Origin: Podospora anserina
Taxonomy: Eukaryota
Assembly (NCBI GenBank): GCA_017654855.1
Contig: CM030336.1
Span: 620,001 to 684,000, forward strand
DNA length: 64,000 nucleotides
Reading direction: 5' to 3'
Positions 60,718-64,000 of this stretch are shown here, one piece after another (position 1 is the stretch's first letter; the number at the start of each line of letters is the position of its first letter). The notes beneath the pieces were generated by a model that worked only from the letters and a program-made list of their open reading frames with translations, was not told the DNA's origin and made no database searches. Both the position numbers and the translations under genes were made by a program.

Positions 60718-62335
60718 ATGTCCATTCTTGGACTCGTCACGCTTTCCCAAGCGGCCGTTGTTGCTGCGGTTGTGAGTCTCCCCCACTCCAACAACAAAAG
60801 ATAAGCTTGCTGACCACTCTCGACAGTGCTTCGTCGTCGGTCGAGCGCTGTACAACGCCTTCTTCCACCCGCTAGCCGTGTTCCCAGGACCACGGCTGTG
60901 GGCCTCGTCTCGCGTACCATATGCCGCCAACCTCGTTCGCGGCCGGCTGCATCACCGGATCAAGCAACTGCACGACCAGTACGGCCCGGTGGTGCGGATA
61001 GCCCCCGACGAGCTGTCCTTCACCCTCGACGGGGCCTGGCACGACATCTACTGCGGCGGCTACGGCAACAAGGGCTTCCCCAAGCACGACGCCTACCGCA
61101 ACGCCCAGACCTTTGTCTCACTCTTCGACGCCGACGATGAGAACCACACACGCCTTCGCAACCTCCTCGGCAAGGAGTTCTTCTCGCTAAACTCTGCCCG
61201 TCGCCAAGAACGCATCGTGCAGGAGTACACCACTCTGATGATCAGCCAGCTGCGCAAGCAATATGTCAAGACCAAGCAGCCGGCAGACATGCGCGAGTGG
61301 TACAACTTCTTGACGTTTGACGTGGCGGCGAGGGTGACGCTCAGCGAGGATTTTGGCTGTCTGGAGAAAAGGACGTATCACCCTTGGATCGAGATGGTAT
61401 TGACACACTTTAAACTGTCAGCGTTGTTGATGATCTCGCGGTTTTATCCTCCTTCGTCTTCCTTGCTTTTCACCCTAGCACCGGCCAGACTTATGGAGAT
61501 GAGAGATACTTTTATCAGGCTTGTGCGGGAGAAGATTGAGCGTCGAATGAGCCGCACTCTTCCGCCTGACGACAACGATGATTTCGTCACTGCTGCTCTG
61601 GGCAAGGGGGTTGAAAAGGGGCTGACGAAGGACGAGCTCGAGGCGAATTGCATCTTGCTTCTGTTGGCCGGGAGCGAAACCATGACGACGTCGCTGCTGG
61701 GGGCTACACATTACCTGTGTGAAAACCCCGCCGTCTTGCGTCGGATGACGGCCGAGGTTAGGGCAACCGTCACATCCGAGGAGCAGCTTACCTTTGGGTT
61801 CATCACTGAGAACATGCCTTACCTCAATGCTGTGCTCAAGGAGACGCAGAGGCTGTGTCCACCGGTCGCGAACGGGCCTGCTCGTGTGGTCAACAGGCCT
61901 GGCACCATGATTGCTGGGTTCCCTGTTCCGGAAGGGACCGCTGTTGGTGTTACTCAGTTTGCGGCAAACCGCCAGACGTCGAACTTCACTCGCCCCAACG
62001 ACTTTGTGCCCGAGAGATGGTTGTCAGTGGAGCAGGCGGGGCAGATTGGTGAAAAGATTGGCGACAGCGCTCTTGCGCAAGATGTCGAGCAGTTTTCGGG
62101 GGATGTGCGCAGCGTTGTTCGTCCGTTCGTGGTCGGCGGCCGCGACTGCATCGGACAAAACCTCTCATGGGTCGAGTTTCGCGTTGTGTTGGCTCGGATG
62201 CTGTGGAATTTTGACATGGAGGTGGTCAGGGAGGAGAAGTTTCCATCTTTTAACCAGTGGACAGATCAGAAGGCGTTTGAGCTTTGGCAGAAGGAACCTT
62301 ATCATGTCAGCTTGACAGAGAGGACAAGTTTGTAA
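60718..62335 (+). CDS. Cytochrome P450 (CYP65-like; intron 60772-60826)
   Basis: YNAFFHPLAVFPGP, YGPVVRIAPDELSF, LLAGSETMTT, KETQR, FVPERW, heme PFVVGGRDCIG. Confidence 0.93.
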
Positions 62336-62355
62336 TATTTTCTCATTTCTTCGGT

Positions 62356-64000
62356 TTAAGTTAAAGGAATAAAATAGCCTACAGAATTCTGCAGTCGGGG
62401 ACAACAACTTCTGTCGTACGTTTTGCATTCAACATGGATTATTAACGGGTGAGAGCCTCTGTTTCTCAGCAGTAGGAGAATCATATGATTCAGGTTTTTC
62501 AACCCTGGGGCAGCACGAGCGCGTTGCAACGGCGCCAATCCATCCGCACCTATCGTTTCAATATCGGCCCCCTTTTTGAGGAGAAGTTCGACTACCGAAT
62601 GAGGACCATCTGCAACGGCACTGAAAAATGCCGTGCGGCCACTTGCGTCCTTCCTTTCCAGGTCAATCGTTTGGACATGACTGCTTAGCAATTCAGAGTG
62701 GCTCTTCTTTTTAACCAACCTCTCGCCTCTTTTGAGCAGCACCTCGACTACGGTCTGATGTGTCCTTCGATTCAATATTGACACCATGCTCAGTCAACAA
62801 CCGTGTCGCATCCAAATGCCCACTTCCGGTAGTCCACGATAAACAGGTTCTGCCATCGTTGTCTTTGGATTCGACATCAGCCTTCTCGCTTGTCAGAAGT
62901 TGTTTGAGAATGGCTACATCGCCAGCCTTCGCAGCCTTCGCAGCCTTCGATGATAAAGTTTGTCCATCTTCATCCTGCGGCTCAACACCAATCGCGCCTC
63001 GAGCCAGTAGTATTTCCATCACCTGCTCATGGCCCAGTTCTACGGCGCGGAAAACCATACTAGGTAGTTTGTCGCCTCGTGCCGGACGCCCTTTGCGGAT
63101 ACACATCCTTCGAAGCGGAAACATTGACCGTCAGTGTCTGCTCATGATGACGGGCTCGAAATCGTTACTCAAAACCCGCTCGAACTGTGTCATACCGTAC
63201 CGAACAGGCGATCTCGAAGATAGATAGCGATGGGTTTCTCCTCGACCTATTTTTGTCGACAATTAAGATCGATACCGATAAAACGAAGCTCTATGTGAAT
63301 TCCGCGGCCGCTGGCAGTCAAGGGAGTGTTGCCTAGGCTTCCAGGCGGCATAAATCCAACGATGTTGCCAGAGTTAAATAAACGCGTCCGGGGAAGTTGC
63401 CAAAAGTCCACCGCGAGTGTCCAATGACTTCCATACGAACAGACTGTGATCATCCGAGATCTTCATTATTTCCTATTGTAGTCGGATGAAAGCATTTTCC
63501 TTCTCTCCATACATTAGCGGCATATTGATATCGAATATTCCCAATAAACTGTAGACACGATCCTCGACTCTTGTTGTTTCCCTTCCAGCTGCCCATGACA
63601 TCATCTTCTGAGCGACACTGAAGCCATCAATATCACTCTCCCCGGCAAAAAGCACCGATGGTATCCGGATGCGGTTTGCCACGGCTCATTGTAGGCTCAG
63701 CTTTCCACCCAGATTTGTCCAGTTTTCATCGAAAAAGTTCACTTTGCGTGGTGCAATGAGCTCCTGGAGGGTCCACGCCCTAGAATGGAAAACCACCTGC
63801 TATCGGAGAACTGGGCTTGCGACGGTACATCGGCCAGGTAAGCGAGACAGACTTTGGCTTCTTGATACCAGCGCTACATGGAGTTGATAGCTTCTGAGAG
63901 CTCGGCGCTGCTCGTCTTATCGATGCAGCAGGTGTCGACCCAAGCATATTGGTATCGCTCTCTGGCGAGGGCGCAAAAGGCCTCGATCTTCCAGTATCTT
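62356..64000 (-). pseudogene. HET-domain + ankyrin-repeat pseudogene (5' end beyond the window)
   Basis: YAWVDTCCIDKTSSAELSEAINSM*RWY (TAG 63874-63876), frameshifted SRAWTLQELIAP, SWAAGRETTRVEDRVYSLLGIFDINMPLMYGE..AFIRLQ*; ankyrins DNDGRTCLSW, DASGRTAF, with frameshifts. Confidence 0.88.

Noticed and set aside
48384-62335. Gibberellin cluster
   Set aside because: Lacks the GGPP synthase, desaturase and four-P450 complement; the product cannot be assigned from motifs.
62925-62950. 9-bp triple repeat gccttcgca
   Set aside because: Small slippage duplication (KAAKAAKA) within an ankyrin pseudogene; not a regulatory or CRISPR-like array.
63473-63876. TAG stops in the HET-ANK gene (and at 17472) as editing sites
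   Set aside because: The expected residues are Tyr/Phe or Glu, not Trp, and frameshifts co-occur, so these are ordinary pseudogene lesions.

Overview
Eukaryotic, intron-containing filamentous-ascomycete DNA. GT-AG introns with CTAAC/CTGAC branch sites and the gene families point to a Sordariomycete; a Sordariales/Podospora-like host is plausible but is inference. Three zones. (1) 1-26 kb: mostly intact metabolic genes (PTH11-like membrane protein, amino-acid permease, GH31 alpha-glucosidase, DUF924, DUF3292, mannose-6-P isomerase, SET protein, PL1 pectate lyase), with two broken nonself-recognition-type genes among them. (2) 26-48 kb: accessory zone with a MULE/FAR1-type zinc-finger gene and a small membrane-protein gene, each interrupted by one in-frame TAG (candidate A-to-I stop-correction targets). 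It also holds a RIP-scarred head-to-head pair of a NACHT-WD-type WD40 remnant and an ankyrin-subtilisin (S8) remnant fused at an apparent deletion junction, a DUF3433-like gene, a 5'-truncated ZNFX1-like helicase/RZ-finger gene, and a secreted apple-repeat/PLA2/STIG1-like mosaic protein. (3) 48-62 kb: a putative labdane-related diterpenoid cluster (bifunctional CPS/KS-type cyclase, two P450s, GMC oxidoreductase, PTH11-like protein), followed by a HET-ankyrin pseudogene running off the window end. All family calls come from motifs read by eye; no database searches were run.
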